In this document: positions 1 to 10,621 of the stretch, in pieces
Position numbering within the stretch: position 1 is the stretch's first letter
Layout of the letters: the number at the start of each line of letters is the position of its first letter
Origin: Candidatus Binataceae bacterium
Lineage (GTDB): Bacteria > Desulfobacterota > Binatia > Binatales > Binataceae
Direction of reading: 5' to 3'
Length of the DNA stretch: 64,000 nt
Assembly (NCBI GenBank): GCA_963722605.1
Contig: CAVRNO010000002.1
Span: forward strand, 548,090 to 612,089
Made by a program: the position numbers and the translations under genes
The notes under the pieces: model-generated
Seen by the model: the letters and a program-made list of their open reading frames with translations, nothing else
What the model was told of the DNA's origin: nothing
The model's database searches: none

Positions 1-239
1 AGCTTCGAGATGGGGCTTGGGCGTCAATTTCAGCCATGGAACAATTGGGCGCGGTCCCGTGTCGGTAGCTTGAGCCTGCTCAGCCATACAGATCCTCCGA
101 ACGATTCAATGATCGTGCTGCCAGAATGACTAACGCCGCCCCTGCGGCGGCCCGGTCCTTCTTTTCGCCGGAGTTTCCCACAGGGCGCCGGAAGTCGTCA
201 ACCCTCGCGCCCGCACCGCGAATCGAGCGCCTCCGGAGC

Positions 240-1019
240 CTACTTGTGCTGCCACTTGGGCGGGCGCTTCTCGACGAATGCGCTCGTCCCCTCGACTCGA
301 TCCGCGCTGCCGAACACTACCCCGAACGCCTCCTGCTCGAAACGCAGCCCGGCATCCTCTTCCATCGTGAACGCGGCCCGCAGCGCGGCCTTCGCCTGGC
401 GGATCGCGAAAGCGGATTTGGCCGCGAGTTTCTCCGCCAGCTTGCGCGCGCTTTCGATCAGGTCGGCGGGCGCCACGACCTGGTTCAGCGAGGCCCAGTT
501 CAAGCGCCGTCTTCGCGTCGAACATCTCGCCCGTCATGATCAGCTCGCGCGCCTTGTTATGGCCGATTCGATGCGGCAGGCGCTGCGTGCCGCCGAAGCC
601 CGGGATGAGTCCGAGATTTATCTCGGGCTGCCCGAAACGCGCCTTTTCGCTTGCGATGATCAGGTCGCACGCGAGTGCAAGCTCCAGACCACCGCCGAGC
701 GCGAAGCCGTTGACCGCCGCAATCACGGGTATCGGCAGGTCCTCGAAACTTTCCATCACGCGATGGCCCAGGCGCGAAAAATCGAGTCCGTCAGCGGCCG
801 ACATTTTTGACATCGCCGCGATATCCGCGCCCGCGACGAACGCCCGATCGCCCGCGCCGGTGAGGATTAGCACCCGCACCGACGAGTCGTGGCGGACCTC
901 GCGAATTACGCGCGCCATTTCCTCCAGCACCTCGCGATTCAACGCGTTCAGCGCCGCCGGACGGTTGACGGTCAGGGTTGCAATCGCGGCCTTTTCAAAA
1001 ATGATATTTTTAAACTCCA
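240..1019 (-). CDS. enoyl-CoA hydratase/isomerase (crotonase family); apparent frameshift near 495 splits it into ORFs 240..503 and ~495..1019
   Basis: Crotonase motifs (VEFKNIIFEKAAIATLTVNRPAALNALN, VIAAVNGFALGGGLELALACD) lie in the 403 aa ORF. The C-terminal crotonase helix region (ADLIESARKLAEKLAAKSAFAIRQAKAAL) lies in the other frame, ORF 240..503. The GTG start near 1019 was read from the sequence. Confidence 0.7.
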
Positions 1020-1141
1020 CCTGCCGACTCCCTGGGAAATCGCGACGCCCGCGCTGCGGCGCGGGTCCCGCGCCCTTAGTTCTGCCCTGCGCGCTTTGAC
1101 TGTCAACCCCCGCTGGAGCGCGTAGTCTGCCGCGCCGGCGC

Positions 1142-1651
1142 TTGCGCGAGACTCGTCGCGCGCGAAACAATGCGCACGTGCCAGGTAAATTCAGAGTGTA
1201 TGCCCGCGCAAGCATCGGCGCGATCGCCGGCTTGCTCACGTTCGCCGCCGCGCTCGTCGTTGCATCCGGATGCGCTTCGCGGGCGCAGAAATTTGTCGAT
1301 AAGATTCGCGCTGAATCAACCGAGCAATGCAGTGCAGGCAACCAGGCCGCCTGTCATACAATCGTGCAGGTGCTCCCCGACGGCAAGGTCGCGATCGAAT
1401 CCACCGCGCTGGTCGAGACGCAAACCCCCGCTTGCAACGCCGGCAATCAGGACGCATGCCAACAGCTCGCCGTACTGCAAGGCGAGTTGAGTTCATGGTG
1501 CTCGATGGGAAACGGTCAGGCGTGCGCTGCCGTCAACACCGGTCCGTGGCCGGCGAAATGGGACGAGCCCGCGCTGATCGATGCGGCCAAGCTGTCGTGC
1601 CTCGCGGCCGGTTCAAGCCGGATTCAAACACCTGCCAGGCTTTGGAAATGA
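1142..1651 (+). CDS. putative lipoprotein with three Cys-x-AGNQ-x-AC repeats
   Basis: Signal-peptide-like stretch with a lipobox (LVVASGC). Repeats CSAGNQAAC, CNAGNQDAC and CSMGNGQAC. The start codon is ambiguous (TTG at 1142, or GTG at ~1181 or ~1199). Confidence 0.5.
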   Translation: MRETRRARNNAHVPGKFRVYARASIGAIAGLLTFAAALVVASGCASRAQKFVDKIRAESTEQCSAGNQAACHTIVQVLPDGKVAIESTALVETQTPACNAGNQDACQQLAVLQGELSSWCSMGNGQACAAVNTGPWPAKWDEPALIDAAKLSCLAAGSSRIQTPARLWK

Positions 1652-1666
1652 TGTAGCCGCATCCGC

Positions 1667-2458
1667 TCAGGACGCGACGCGCTCGGCCACGATCACCATC
1701 CGCTTGCCGAACAGCAGCGCCGGCGACAGCACGTGGGCGATAATCTCGCGGGTGACCTCGTCGCGCGGCGGGCGATGGCCGGGCCGGCGCGCGTTGCGGG
1801 CGGACGCAGCCGCCGAAAATTTCATCGCCATCCACAGAGCCGGGATGATCGGAGACATCGCCACCGAGGTGGGGCTGAAGCGGTCGGTGTAAACCTCGAG
1901 ATGTCCAAAACCGGCCAGATGCATCATGTAGCGCGCGCGATAGTAGTCGAGCATGAAGGCGTGGCCGTGATAGACGCGGCCCGGATTTCGGCTGCGCGGG
2001 GTCTGAATCTCGTTCATCAAGCCGCGGCGCAGATTGCGCTGCCCGGTGAAAAAAGCGCTGGCCCGGGCCGACAGATGCATGAGGTTGGGCGTGGTCAGCA
2101 CGATCTTGCCGCCCGGCCGGATCACGCGCGCACAATCGCGGAGAAACCCCATCTGATTCTCGAGATGCTCGATGCCTTCGCGGGAGAGCACGTAGTCGAA
2201 GGAGCCGGCGCGAAACGGCAGCGTCTCATTGGCGTCGGCGCAGACCCAAGCGGACGGCGGTGGGCGGCGCGGCGCGGGAAAGAGATCGACCGAGACGACG
2301 CGGTAGCCCAAATCCGCCAGCGCCCGCGACTGGATCGCTCCGCCGGCCGGGATGTCGAGCACAATCCCCGGTTTCATCGCGGCGAACAGTCCGTGGCTTT
2401 GGCCGCGCCGGCGAACGGCGACGTCGCCCTCGATCGGCCGCGATTGCGAATCGGGCAA
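1667..2458 (-). CDS. class I SAM-dependent methyltransferase
   Basis: Rossmann-type MTase motifs (VLDIPAGGG-like, GSFDYVLSREGIEHL, IRPGGKIVLTTPN). The start may be the internal Met (MKPGIVLD, ~2377). Confidence 0.6.
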   Translation of the reverse strand: MPDSQSRPIEGDVAVRRRGQSHGLFAAMKPGIVLDIPAGGAIQSRALADLGYRVVSVDLFPAPRRPPPSAWVCADANETLPFRAGSFDYVLSREGIEHLENQMGFLRDCARVIRPGGKIVLTTPNLMHLSARASAFFTGQRNLRRGLMNEIQTPRSRNPGRVYHGHAFMLDYYRARYMMHLAGFGHLEVYTDRFSPTSVAMSPIIPALWMAMKFSAAASARNARRPGHRPPRDEVTREIIAHVLSPALLFGKRMVIVAERVAS

Positions 2459-2461
2459 GGG

Positions 2462-2653
2462 CTAGTGCCGCTCTTCGAAGCCGAGCGAAATCATCAGCTC
2501 GTGCAGCGATTGATCGACGACAACGTACTCGGTGAGGGAGAAATAGACGTGGCATCCGCGATGCCCCACCGCTTCCGGGCGCTCCACGATTTTCAAGACC
2601 AGGTCGGCGTTAATCATCGCCGGCTTGTCATCCATCGTCACGCGCAGCCACAT
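2462..2653 (-). CDS. small hypothetical protein (63 aa)
   Basis: An ORF immediately upstream of, and on the same strand as, the methyltransferase. I did not recognise a family. Confidence 0.3.
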   Translation of the reverse strand: MWLRVTMDDKPAMINADLVLKIVERPEAVGHRGCHVYFSLTEYVVVDQSLHELMISLGFEERH

Positions 2654-2679
2654 TTACGACTACCTTCCCGCGAACCGGC

Positions 2680-3633
2680 TTAGTACTCGGGCTTGAAATC
2701 GAAATGATGAATCGCTTCGATGAAGCGGATGGTTTGGGTCTTCGAGCGCATCACGACGCTGTTGGTCATCGCGCCGCCGGAGAAAAATCGCACGCCGCGC
2801 AGATAGTCGCCGGTGGTCACTCCGGTCGCCGCGAACATCACGTTATCCCCCGCCAGCTCCTCGAGCGTGTAGCGATGCTTCAAGTCCATGATTCCCATCG
2901 CCAGGCACGCCTCCGCCTCCTCCGGGTTACGCGGCACGAAGCGGCACTGCATCTCGCCACCGGCGGAACGAATCGCGGCGCCGGCGAGCACGCCCTGATG
3001 GGCTCCGCCGATTCCGATCAGCATGTCGATTTCGCTCTCCGGGCGGGTGGTCGCGATCGCGGCGGACAGGTCACCGGCCGAGATCATCTTGATTCCGGCG
3101 CCGGCGCGGCGCACTTCATTGATCAACTTCTCATGGCGCGGGCGATCCAGGATCGCGACGCGCAAATCCTCGACGTAAACTTTTTTCGCTTCGGCCAGCG
3201 CCTTGAGGTTGTCGGTCGGCGACCGGTCGATATCAATCACGCCGCGCCCGGCCGGTCCGCACGCGACCTTGTCCATGTAGGTATCGGGGCAGCGCAGGAT
3301 TCGGCCGCGCTCGGCGAGCGCGATGCACGACAGCGCGTTGGGACCGCCGGTGGCGCAAATCAGCGAACCTTCGATCGCGTCGAGGGCGAGGTCAATTTCG
3401 GTTCCGGCGCCGGTGCCGACGATTTCGCCCTCGTACAAGAACTCGGCGTCACCCTCTTTGCCTTCGCCGATCACTATTTTGCCGTCCATCGCGACCGAGT
3501 TCAGCGTCTTGCGCATCCCGTCGCACGCCGCTCGATCCGCCAACTGCTCGTCGCCCTTGCCGATGAAGCGCGCGGCCGCCAACGCCGCGGCTTCGGTCGC
3601 GCGTACTACTTCAAGCGCAAGATTCCGTTCCAT
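2680..3633 (-). CDS. glpX: fructose-1,6-bisphosphatase class II
   Basis: Full-length similarity to GlpX (MERNLALEVVRATEAAALAAARF..., DGKIVIGEGKEGDAEFLYEGE, C-terminal RFIEAIHHFD). Confidence 0.9.
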   Translation of the reverse strand: MERNLALEVVRATEAAALAAARFIGKGDEQLADRAACDGMRKTLNSVAMDGKIVIGEGKEGDAEFLYEGEIVGTGAGTEIDLALDAIEGSLICATGGPNALSCIALAERGRILRCPDTYMDKVACGPAGRGVIDIDRSPTDNLKALAEAKKVYVEDLRVAILDRPRHEKLINEVRRAGAGIKMISAGDLSAAIATTRPESEIDMLIGIGGAHQGVLAGAAIRSAGGEMQCRFVPRNPEEAEACLAMGIMDLKHRYTLEELAGDNVMFAATGVTTGDYLRGVRFFSGGAMTNSVVMRSKTQTIRFIEAIHHFDFKPEY

Positions 3634-3647
3634 CGCGGGCCTCCAGA

Positions 3648-4877
3648 TCAGTTCGACGCAGTCTTCAACGGGCGTCCGAACAAGGATTCTATCAGGTGAT
3701 AGCCGTCGGCGACGAGCAGGCCGGTGGCAGCACCGTCGCTTTCGGTGTAGCGGCGCGGCGCGCCGCCGGCCGCCTTGAACTCGGCCGAGGTCATCAACGC
3801 AAACGGGACGGGTTCCGGCGAATGAGTCTTGATCCGGCTCGGCGTCGCATGATCCGGCATCAGCAGAATCGCGAAATCGCCCAAGGCGGCCAGCCCCGCG
3901 AGCATCGGCCCGAGGATCAGCTCGTCGATTCGCTCGATCGCTTCCTTCTTGAGATCGGCGCGGCCCATGTGACCGGCCTCGTCAGGGGCCTCGATATGGA
4001 GCAGCAGGAAGTCGCGCGATTTGAGCGATTCGAGACCGTAACGCGCCTTGGCGGCGTAATCGGTATCGAGAAATCCGGTGGCGCCCGGAACCTTGATCAG
4101 TTTGAGTCCGGCCAGCCGGCCGAGCCCGTTGACCAGATCGACGGCCGATATGACCGAGCCCTCGACGCCGAAGCGCTCCTTCAGCGTCGGCACCGCGGGC
4201 CGCGTGCCCTGCCCCCAAAACCACGCCGAGGTCGCCTCGGGTTTGCCGGCGGCGCGGCGCGCCTGGTTGACCGGATGCTCGCGCAAAATCTCCACCGAAC
4301 GCCGCATCAGATCGCGGATCAGATCCGCGCCCGCGCCCTTGGGCAGATAGCCGAAGACCGGCTTGCCGGTGATGTCGTGCGGCGGCGTGAGCTGGGTGTC
4401 CGTGACTCCGCCGCGCCACATCATCAGATGGCGGTAGCTGACGCCGTTGAAGAACTCGATTGGGCCGCCCGCCAGTTTCGCCCGCAGGTCGGCGATGATC
4501 TGGGCGGCTTCTTCGCTGGAAATATGGCCGGCGGTGAAATCGTTCATTATCATCGCGCCGCCGTCACCGGGCTTGAGCGATACGAGATTCATGCGAAACA
4601 CCACGTCGCGCGGCCCCATCTCGATCCCCTGGCTCGCCGCCTCGATCGGCGCGCGCCCGGTATGATAACGCGCGGGGTCGTAGCCCAGCATCGTCATCGT
4701 GCCGACGTCGCTGCCCGGGGGCATACCCTTGGGAATCGTCGCGACCATCCCCAGCGTCCCGCGCGCCGCGATCAGGTCCATGTTGGGCTTGTGCGCCGCC
4801 GCAAGCGGGGTTTTACCGCCGAGTTCCTCGCACGGCCAATCGGCCATCCCGTCGCCGTGTATGATGACGTATTTCAT
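3648..4877 (-). CDS. apgM: 2,3-bisphosphoglycerate-independent phosphoglycerate mutase, archaeal type
   Basis: ApgM family motifs (MKYVIIHGDGMAD, LLLHIEAPDEAGHMG). The ATG at 4875..4877 was read from the sequence; the upstream 29 codons of the ORF are probably not translated. Confidence 0.85.
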   Translation of the reverse strand: MKYVIIHGDGMADWPCEELGGKTPLAAAHKPNMDLIAARGTLGMVATIPKGMPPGSDVGTMTMLGYDPARYHTGRAPIEAASQGIEMGPRDVVFRMNLVSLKPGDGGAMIMNDFTAGHISSEEAAQIIADLRAKLAGGPIEFFNGVSYRHLMMWRGGVTDTQLTPPHDITGKPVFGYLPKGAGADLIRDLMRRSVEILREHPVNQARRAAGKPEATSAWFWGQGTRPAVPTLKERFGVEGSVISAVDLVNGLGRLAGLKLIKVPGATGFLDTDYAAKARYGLESLKSRDFLLLHIEAPDEAGHMGRADLKKEAIERIDELILGPMLAGLAALGDFAILLMPDHATPSRIKTHSPEPVPFALMTSAEFKAAGGAPRRYTESDGAATGLLVADGYHLIESLFGRPLKTASN

Positions 4878-5050
4878 CGAATCAGGCGGTCCTCTTTTAA
4901 TCGCGCCGCTTAACGCGCCGCCGGTCATCCAGCCTCTTGCAGACCACCAGCACTGCACACACAAGGAACACGATCGCCGGATGAGTCCAGCAGAAGTTAG
5001 CCGCTTCGCCTAAGAACCAAGACATACGATTCCTATTACTTAGCCGCCGG

Positions 5051-6154
5051 TTATTCGCGCTCCAGAACTTTCATCACTTTCGCCAGCTCCGGCTCGACCA
5101 CAATCGTGTTGCTCAAGTTCTTGAGCGCCGTGTCGGGATCCTTGAGGCCGTGTCCCGTGAGCGTGCATACGACGACCGAATCCGGCGGGAGCATCCCGGC
5201 ACCCGCGTATTTGAGCAGTCCGGCGACCGAGGCGGCCGAGGCCGGCTCGGCGAACACGCCGCCGCTTGCGATCAAGCGATAGGCCGCGAGTATCTCCTCG
5301 TCGGTTACGATGTCGATAATTCCGCCCGACTCGTCGCGCGCGGCGGTCGCGCTCTTCCAGCTCGCGGGATTGCCGATTTTGATCGCCGTCGCAATGGTAT
5401 GCGGATCCTCGATCGGATGGCCGACCACGATCGGCGCCGACTCGGCCGCCTGGTAGCCCATCATCTTCGGGGTACGCCCGCTCAATCCCTCCGACTTGTA
5501 TTGCCGGTAGCCCGCCCAGTAGGCGGTAATATTGCCGGCATTGCCGACCGGCAGGAAATGATGGGTGGGCGCATCGCGCAATTGATCGCAAATCTCGAAC
5601 GCCGCGGTTTTCTGCCCGGCGATTCGATCGGGATTGACGCTGTTGACCAGCCGAATCCGGACCGGGTCGCGCTCCGCAAGATCGCGCACCAGGTTGAGGC
5701 AGACGTCGAAGTTGCCGATCACCTCGAGCACGCGCGCGCCATGCATCACGCTTTGCGACAGTTTGCCCAGCGCCACCGCACCCTTGGGGATCAGCACGTA
5801 CGCCTTGAGCCCGGCGCGACCGGCGTATGCCGCGGCGGAGGCCGCGGTGTTGCCGGTCGAGGCGCAGATGACGGCACGCGCACCCTCGCCCAGCGCCTTG
5901 GACATCGCCAGCGTCATGCCGCGGTCCTTGAACGAGCCGGTCGGGTTGGCGCCCTCGAACTTAAAGTAAACCTTGATGTTCTGCCCGAGCCGCTTGGCCA
6001 GCGCGGGCACCTGGATAAGCGGCGTGTTGCCCTCGTTCAGGGTGACGACCGGGGTCGAATCCGACACCGGCAGGAAGCGGCGGTAATGCTCGATCAGTCC
6101 GGGCCAGTAAGACAACCGCTGCGGATTGGATCCGTGCCTGGATTCCGACGCCAT
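5051..6154 (-). CDS. thrC: threonine synthase
   Basis: PLP-lysine motif (FEGANPTGSFKDRGM) and whole-length ThrC similarity. Confidence 0.9.
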   Translation of the reverse strand: MASESRHGSNPQRLSYWPGLIEHYRRFLPVSDSTPVVTLNEGNTPLIQVPALAKRLGQNIKVYFKFEGANPTGSFKDRGMTLAMSKALGEGARAVICASTGNTAASAAAYAGRAGLKAYVLIPKGAVALGKLSQSVMHGARVLEVIGNFDVCLNLVRDLAERDPVRIRLVNSVNPDRIAGQKTAAFEICDQLRDAPTHHFLPVGNAGNITAYWAGYRQYKSEGLSGRTPKMMGYQAAESAPIVVGHPIEDPHTIATAIKIGNPASWKSATAARDESGGIIDIVTDEEILAAYRLIASGGVFAEPASAASVAGLLKYAGAGMLPPDSVVVCTLTGHGLKDPDTALKNLSNTIVVEPELAKVMKVLERE

Positions 6155-6156
6155 CG

Positions 6157-7479
6157 CTAAAGCTTCTCCTCGATTCGGATAAACGCGGGCGCCGAACCCA
6201 CGATTTTTTTCCTTCGAATCTCCGCCAGCGCGCGTTTGAGGCTGCGCTCGGGCGTGCCGTGGGTGCGCATGATCACCGGCACCGTGCGCTCGGCTTCGCG
6301 GCCCTTCTGAATCACCGACGCGATCGACAGCCCGTGCCTGCCCAGCACCGACGCGATGGCGCCGAGCACTCCGGGCTTATCGAGCGCCATGAAGCGCAGA
6401 TAATACTCGCATACCACGTCGTCCATCGGCTTTACACGGGCGCTCTTCATCAGGTGGATCGGGAATCCAAAGGCGTGCGGCCGCGCCGAGCCTTCGGCCA
6501 GACGGTGGCGCGCGATATCCAGTATGTCGGCCACGACCGCCGTCGCCGTGGGCATCTCGCCCGCGCCGAGCCCCGAATACATCGTCGCGCCGAGCGCGTC
6601 GCCGTGGATATAGATGGCATTGTACGCGCCGCCGACGCTGGCCAGCAGATGGCGTTGCGGGATCATCGTGGGATGCACGCGGGCCTCGATCGCGCCGTCA
6701 ACATCCTTGCCGATGGCGAGCAGTTTGATCGCATAGCCAAGCTCGCGCGCGTAGGCGATGTCGGCCTGGGTAATCCGGGTGATCCCTTCGGTATAAATAT
6801 CCGCCGGTTTCACCATCACGCCAAAGGCAAGCGTGACCAGCAGACAAAGTTTGTGGGCCGAATCATGCCCCTCGACATCGAGCGCGGGGTTTTGCTCGGC
6901 CAGGCCCTTGCGCTGCGCGTCGGCGAGCGCGTCGGCGAACTCGACGCCGTCCTCGGTCATGGTGGTGAGGATAGAATTGCAGGTGCCGTTGACGATTCCA
7001 TACGCCGAGCGCTGGCGGTCGCCGGCCAGCGCCTCACGCAGGGTGCGGATGATCGGCACGCCGCCGCCGACGCTGGCCTCGTAACCGACGGTGAGGCCGC
7101 GCTTCCCGGCCTCGCGAAAAATCTCGCCGCCATGCTCTGCGAGCAGAGCTTTGTTGGCGGTCACGACGTCCTTACCGGCCGCGAGAGCCTTCATGATCAG
7201 CGCGCGAGCGGGTTGGTGGCCGCCAAACAGCTCGACCACGATATCGATATCGGGACGCGTGACGACCGCGGCGGCGTCGGGGGTAATCGACTTGGCCGGC
7301 ACGCCAAGCGAAGCGGCGAGCTTGACCCTCAGATCCGCCACCACCGCCAACTCGACCGGCGCACCGAGCATCCGCTCGTATTTGTCGCGGTTGTGCAGCA
7401 GCAGCTTGATTACGCCGCCGCCCACGGTACCGCATCCGAGCACAGCAATCCGCACCGGTCTCGATTTGTTCGGTTTCAT
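6157..7479 (-). CDS. hom: homoserine dehydrogenase
   Basis: VRIAVLGCGTVGGGV NAD-binding fold and a C-terminal ACT domain. The ATG at 7479 (MKPNKSRP) is inside the long 863 aa ORF, whose N-terminal part is non-coding readthrough. Confidence 0.9.
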   Translation of the reverse strand: MKPNKSRPVRIAVLGCGTVGGGVIKLLLHNRDKYERMLGAPVELAVVADLRVKLAASLGVPAKSITPDAAAVVTRPDIDIVVELFGGHQPARALIMKALAAGKDVVTANKALLAEHGGEIFREAGKRGLTVGYEASVGGGVPIIRTLREALAGDRQRSAYGIVNGTCNSILTTMTEDGVEFADALADAQRKGLAEQNPALDVEGHDSAHKLCLLVTLAFGVMVKPADIYTEGITRITQADIAYARELGYAIKLLAIGKDVDGAIEARVHPTMIPQRHLLASVGGAYNAIYIHGDALGATMYSGLGAGEMPTATAVVADILDIARHRLAEGSARPHAFGFPIHLMKSARVKPMDDVVCEYYLRFMALDKPGVLGAIASVLGRHGLSIASVIQKGREAERTVPVIMRTHGTPERSLKRALAEIRRKKIVGSAPAFIRIEEKL

Positions 7480-7496
7480 TCTTGCGATTGCCCTTT

Positions 7497-8702
7497 TTAG
7501 GCGCTGGCCGTGCGCACCCTGATCTCGGCTTCGCCGATCCGGAGCGCCTGACGAATTCCCCGTAGCGCCTGGCGGGTGCGATGTTCGTTCTCGATAAGCG
7601 CGAAGCGCACGAACCCGTCGCCGTCCTGCCCGAAGCCGATTCCCGGCGACACCGCGATCTTGGCCTCGGCCAGCAGAAACTTCGCGAACTCGAGCGAACC
7701 CATCGCGCGAAACGGCTCCGGAATCGGCGCCCACACGAACATCGTCGCCTTGGGTTTCTCCACCGGCCAGCCAGCCCGGTTGAGCCCGTCCACCAGCACG
7801 TCGCGCCGGCGCTGGTAGCGGGCGACGATCTCGGCGACGCAGTCCTGCGGTCCGTTGAGCGCCGCGATCGCGGCGACCTGCACCGGCGCAAACATCCCGT
7901 AGTCGAAGTACGATTTCAGCCGCGCCAGCGCCGCGATCATCTCGCGATTGCCGACCGCGAAGCCCACCCGCCAGCCGGGCATGTTGTAGCTCTTGGACAG
8001 GGTGAAGAACTCGACGCCGACGTCCTTGGCGCCCGCCACCTGCATCATCGACGGCGCCTTGTAACCGTCGAAGCACAAGTCGGCGTAAGCAAAGTCGTGC
8101 GCGACCATGATGTCGTTCTCGCGCGCGAACTCGACCACCCGCTGCATGAAGTGCAGATCGACGGTCGCGGTGGTCGGGTTGTGGGGGAAGTTCATGATCA
8201 GGAACTTGGGCCGCGGCCAGCATCGCGTCACCGCCGCCATCAATTCGTCGAAGAATTCCTCTCCGCGCCGAATGGGAACGCCCTGCACCTGCGCGCCCGC
8301 GATGATGCATCCGTACTGATGAATCGGATAGGTGGGCGTGGGTGCGAGCACCACGTCGCCCTGGTCGAGAATCGCCAGCGTCAGGTGCGCGATCCCTTCC
8401 TTCGATCCGATTGTGACGATCGCTTCCGAATCGGGATCGAGATCGACGCCGTAGCGCCGCTTGTACCAATCGCAGATCGCAAGCCGCAGCTTGTACACGC
8501 CGCGCGAGACCGAGTAGCGATGGTTGGCGTTCTTGGAGGCCGCCTCGATCAGCTTGGCCACGATGTGCGGCGGGGTCGCTTCGTCGGGATTTCCCATCCC
8601 GAAATCGATTACGTCCTCGCCGGCCCGCCGCGCCTTCAGACACAATTCTCCGATCGCGTTGAACACGTAGGGTGGCAGCCGTTTTATTCTTGGGAAATCC
8701 AT
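7497..8702 (-). CDS. pyridoxal-phosphate-dependent aminotransferase class I/II (AlaA/AspC-like)
   Basis: [15 protein letters not shown]-terminus, [16 protein letters not shown]-lysine region. It sits directly upstream of hom-thrC on the same strand. Confidence 0.85.
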   Translation of the reverse strand: MDFPRIKRLPPYVFNAIGELCLKARRAGEDVIDFGMGNPDEATPPHIVAKLIEAASKNANHRYSVSRGVYKLRLAICDWYKRRYGVDLDPDSEAIVTIGSKEGIAHLTLAILDQGDVVLAPTPTYPIHQYGCIIAGAQVQGVPIRRGEEFFDELMAAVTRCWPRPKFLIMNFPHNPTTATVDLHFMQRVVEFARENDIMVAHDFAYADLCFDGYKAPSMMQVAGAKDVGVEFFTLSKSYNMPGWRVGFAVGNREMIAALARLKSYFDYGMFAPVQVAAIAALNGPQDCVAEIVARYQRRRDVLVDGLNRAGWPVEKPKATMFVWAPIPEPFRAMGSLEFAKFLLAEAKIAVSPGIGFGQDGDGFVRFALIENEHRTRQALRGIRQALRIGEAEIRVRTASA

Positions 8703-9075
8703 TTGACCCTTGCGGTTGGCGATTATGCGCGGACTTCAGCGTCCGCAAAATACGCGAGCTATAAGTTTTAACGGACGCCCGCCGCCACTGCTAGTGTTGT
8801 GTCCTGCAAAAATCTTCAAAATGTTCTGGTACGACCAGCGAAGGGACTCTCTGGTCCGGTTCCCCCTTTACCGACTCGTGCGGCCAGCCAGGGACTCTCG
8901 GTTCCCCTTTCCGACGCGGAAAGGGGGCCAGGGGGATAGGACGGCGGCTTTCACAGGTGATTTTTGTGTTCCCCTTCCCCATTCTGTTTTGGGGAAGGGG
9001 CCGGGGTTAGGGCTTTGTTCTTCAATCGATTTACGGGACACGACACTAGTGGGCGCGTATCGCCCGCAATCCGGA

Positions 9076-10255
9076 TCAGTTCGCGGCGCTCGCCGGCGCG
9101 GCCTCTTGACGCCGGCGCGTCGCCCAATAGACGGGAGCTGCGCACACCGATATCAGCCCCGCGATCTGCCACGCGAAGGGTATCCCCGCGGTATCCGCGA
9201 TCCGCCCGCCAACCAGCAGCCCCATCGCGCCACCCATCGTCTGGAACGTGCTGTTGAACGACAGCAGCGTCGCGCGATTTCCCGCCTCGATCTGCTCGTT
9301 GAACCAGCTCTGCACCAGCGGCGTCATCGCCCCGGTGAACAGATTCATGACGAACAGCATCGCGAGCGAGACCACCGGCCGCCCGCCGAACAGCCCCGCC
9401 AGGAACAGCATCGCGCTCGTGCCGATAACCAGCATGCTGACGCGCGCGCGGCGCTGCGAATGGCTGGCCGGGATGCGCGCGCTTACCTCCGCGCCGACCA
9501 GCCGCGCCGCCGACAGAGCGCAATAGATCCAGCCGACGATCCACACGCCGACCCCGATGCTCTGGTTGAACATCACCGGCCATTCCATCCAGTACGGCGC
9601 CCACGCCGCAAAGGTGACTGCGCCCGCCACGCTCAGCATCAGGACCGTGTGCGCGCCCAGTCCGGCGCGGATGCCCGTGGCCAACGTTGGCGGCGACCTG
9701 GCGCGGGATCGCGGCGATGCTGACGTTGGTGGCGCGCGGACGCTCGTCGTGCATCAGGATTGCGCCGACCGCACCGCTGACCAGGTAGCCGGCCGCGCCC
9801 AGCAGCCACGGCCATGCGATATTGATGTTGGCGACGTAGGCGCCGATTATCGCCGAGCCCATGAAGCCGATCGTCGTCAGTTGCGAGATTCGCGAGAACA
9901 GGCGGTCCTTGAGCCCGTCGTATCCGGCGGCATCGAGCGCATCGACACCCCAGGCGTCGATCGCGCCGTTGCCGAAAGTCGTGCCGATACCGTCGATGCT
10001 CTCGGCGATGAGGAAGACGTAGTAATGATGCGCGAGGAAGTACAGGACGAAGGCGCAGACGCGCAGCGATGCGCCGAGCACATACGAGCGGCGCCTGCCG
10101 AGCAGATCGGCGAACGCGCCGGTGGGCACATCGGTCAGAAACAGGACGACGAAATACGTCGCCAGCACGCTGTTGGTCTGGAACTGGTTAAGCCCGCGCG
10201 AACGCAGAAAGATCGGATAGACGCTGAACAGAAAGCCGCCGGCGAACGAGTACAT
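9076..10255 (-). CDS. MFS transporter, apparent frameshift near 9690
   Basis: The N-terminal six-TM half lies in the 483 aa ORF frame (MYSFAGGFLFSVYPIFL...). The C-terminal half lies in ORF 9076..9684 (GLGAHTVLMLSVAGAVTFAAWAPYW...). The ATG at 10255 was chosen because a terminator-like hairpin lies at 10352..10390. Confidence 0.6.
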
Positions 10256-10351
10256 GCCCCACACCGCGTAGTAGCGGCGGATGATGTCGCGAATGGTCGG
10301 AGCATGCGGTCGTGCGGTATCCACGGAAATTTTCCACCCATTCAGCCGCGC

Positions 10352-10390
10352 AAAAAGAAAAAGCCCCGGGGCTCTCGCGCGCCCGGGGCT
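10352..10390 (-). terminator. hairpin terminator-like element
   Basis: A 9 bp GC stem (AGCCCCGGGG/CCCGGGGCT). On the minus strand it is followed by a T-rich tract (TTTTCTTTTTG, rc of 10351..10361). It lies in the divergent MFS/ubiB intergenic region. Confidence 0.4.
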
Positions 10391-10621
10391 TTTCGGAGCC
10401 AAGTCTCGATGTCCGTCTCAATTCAGGAGGACCCTCATTGAATTGGGGACGCGACGTACATCACCACTCGGCCTCATGCGCAGAGAATAATCGAGCGGAC
10501 GAACGCCAGTCAAGCCGGTGCTCGACGGAGCAAGCCGGGCGCTCTGTTCTCAGAGCCGCACGCATCGCATAGGATTTAGGCTTCGCGCGACGAGAGTGGA
10601 ACCCGGCGGCGAAATCCTCGC

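Noticed and set aside
126-1341. ORFs 126..539 (+), 244..810 (+), 536..1099 (+) and the long N-terminal extension of ORF 130..1341 (-).
   Set aside because: They overlap the crotonase gene and are Arg/Ser/Pro-rich with no motifs. The crotonase GTG start near 1019 explains the region.
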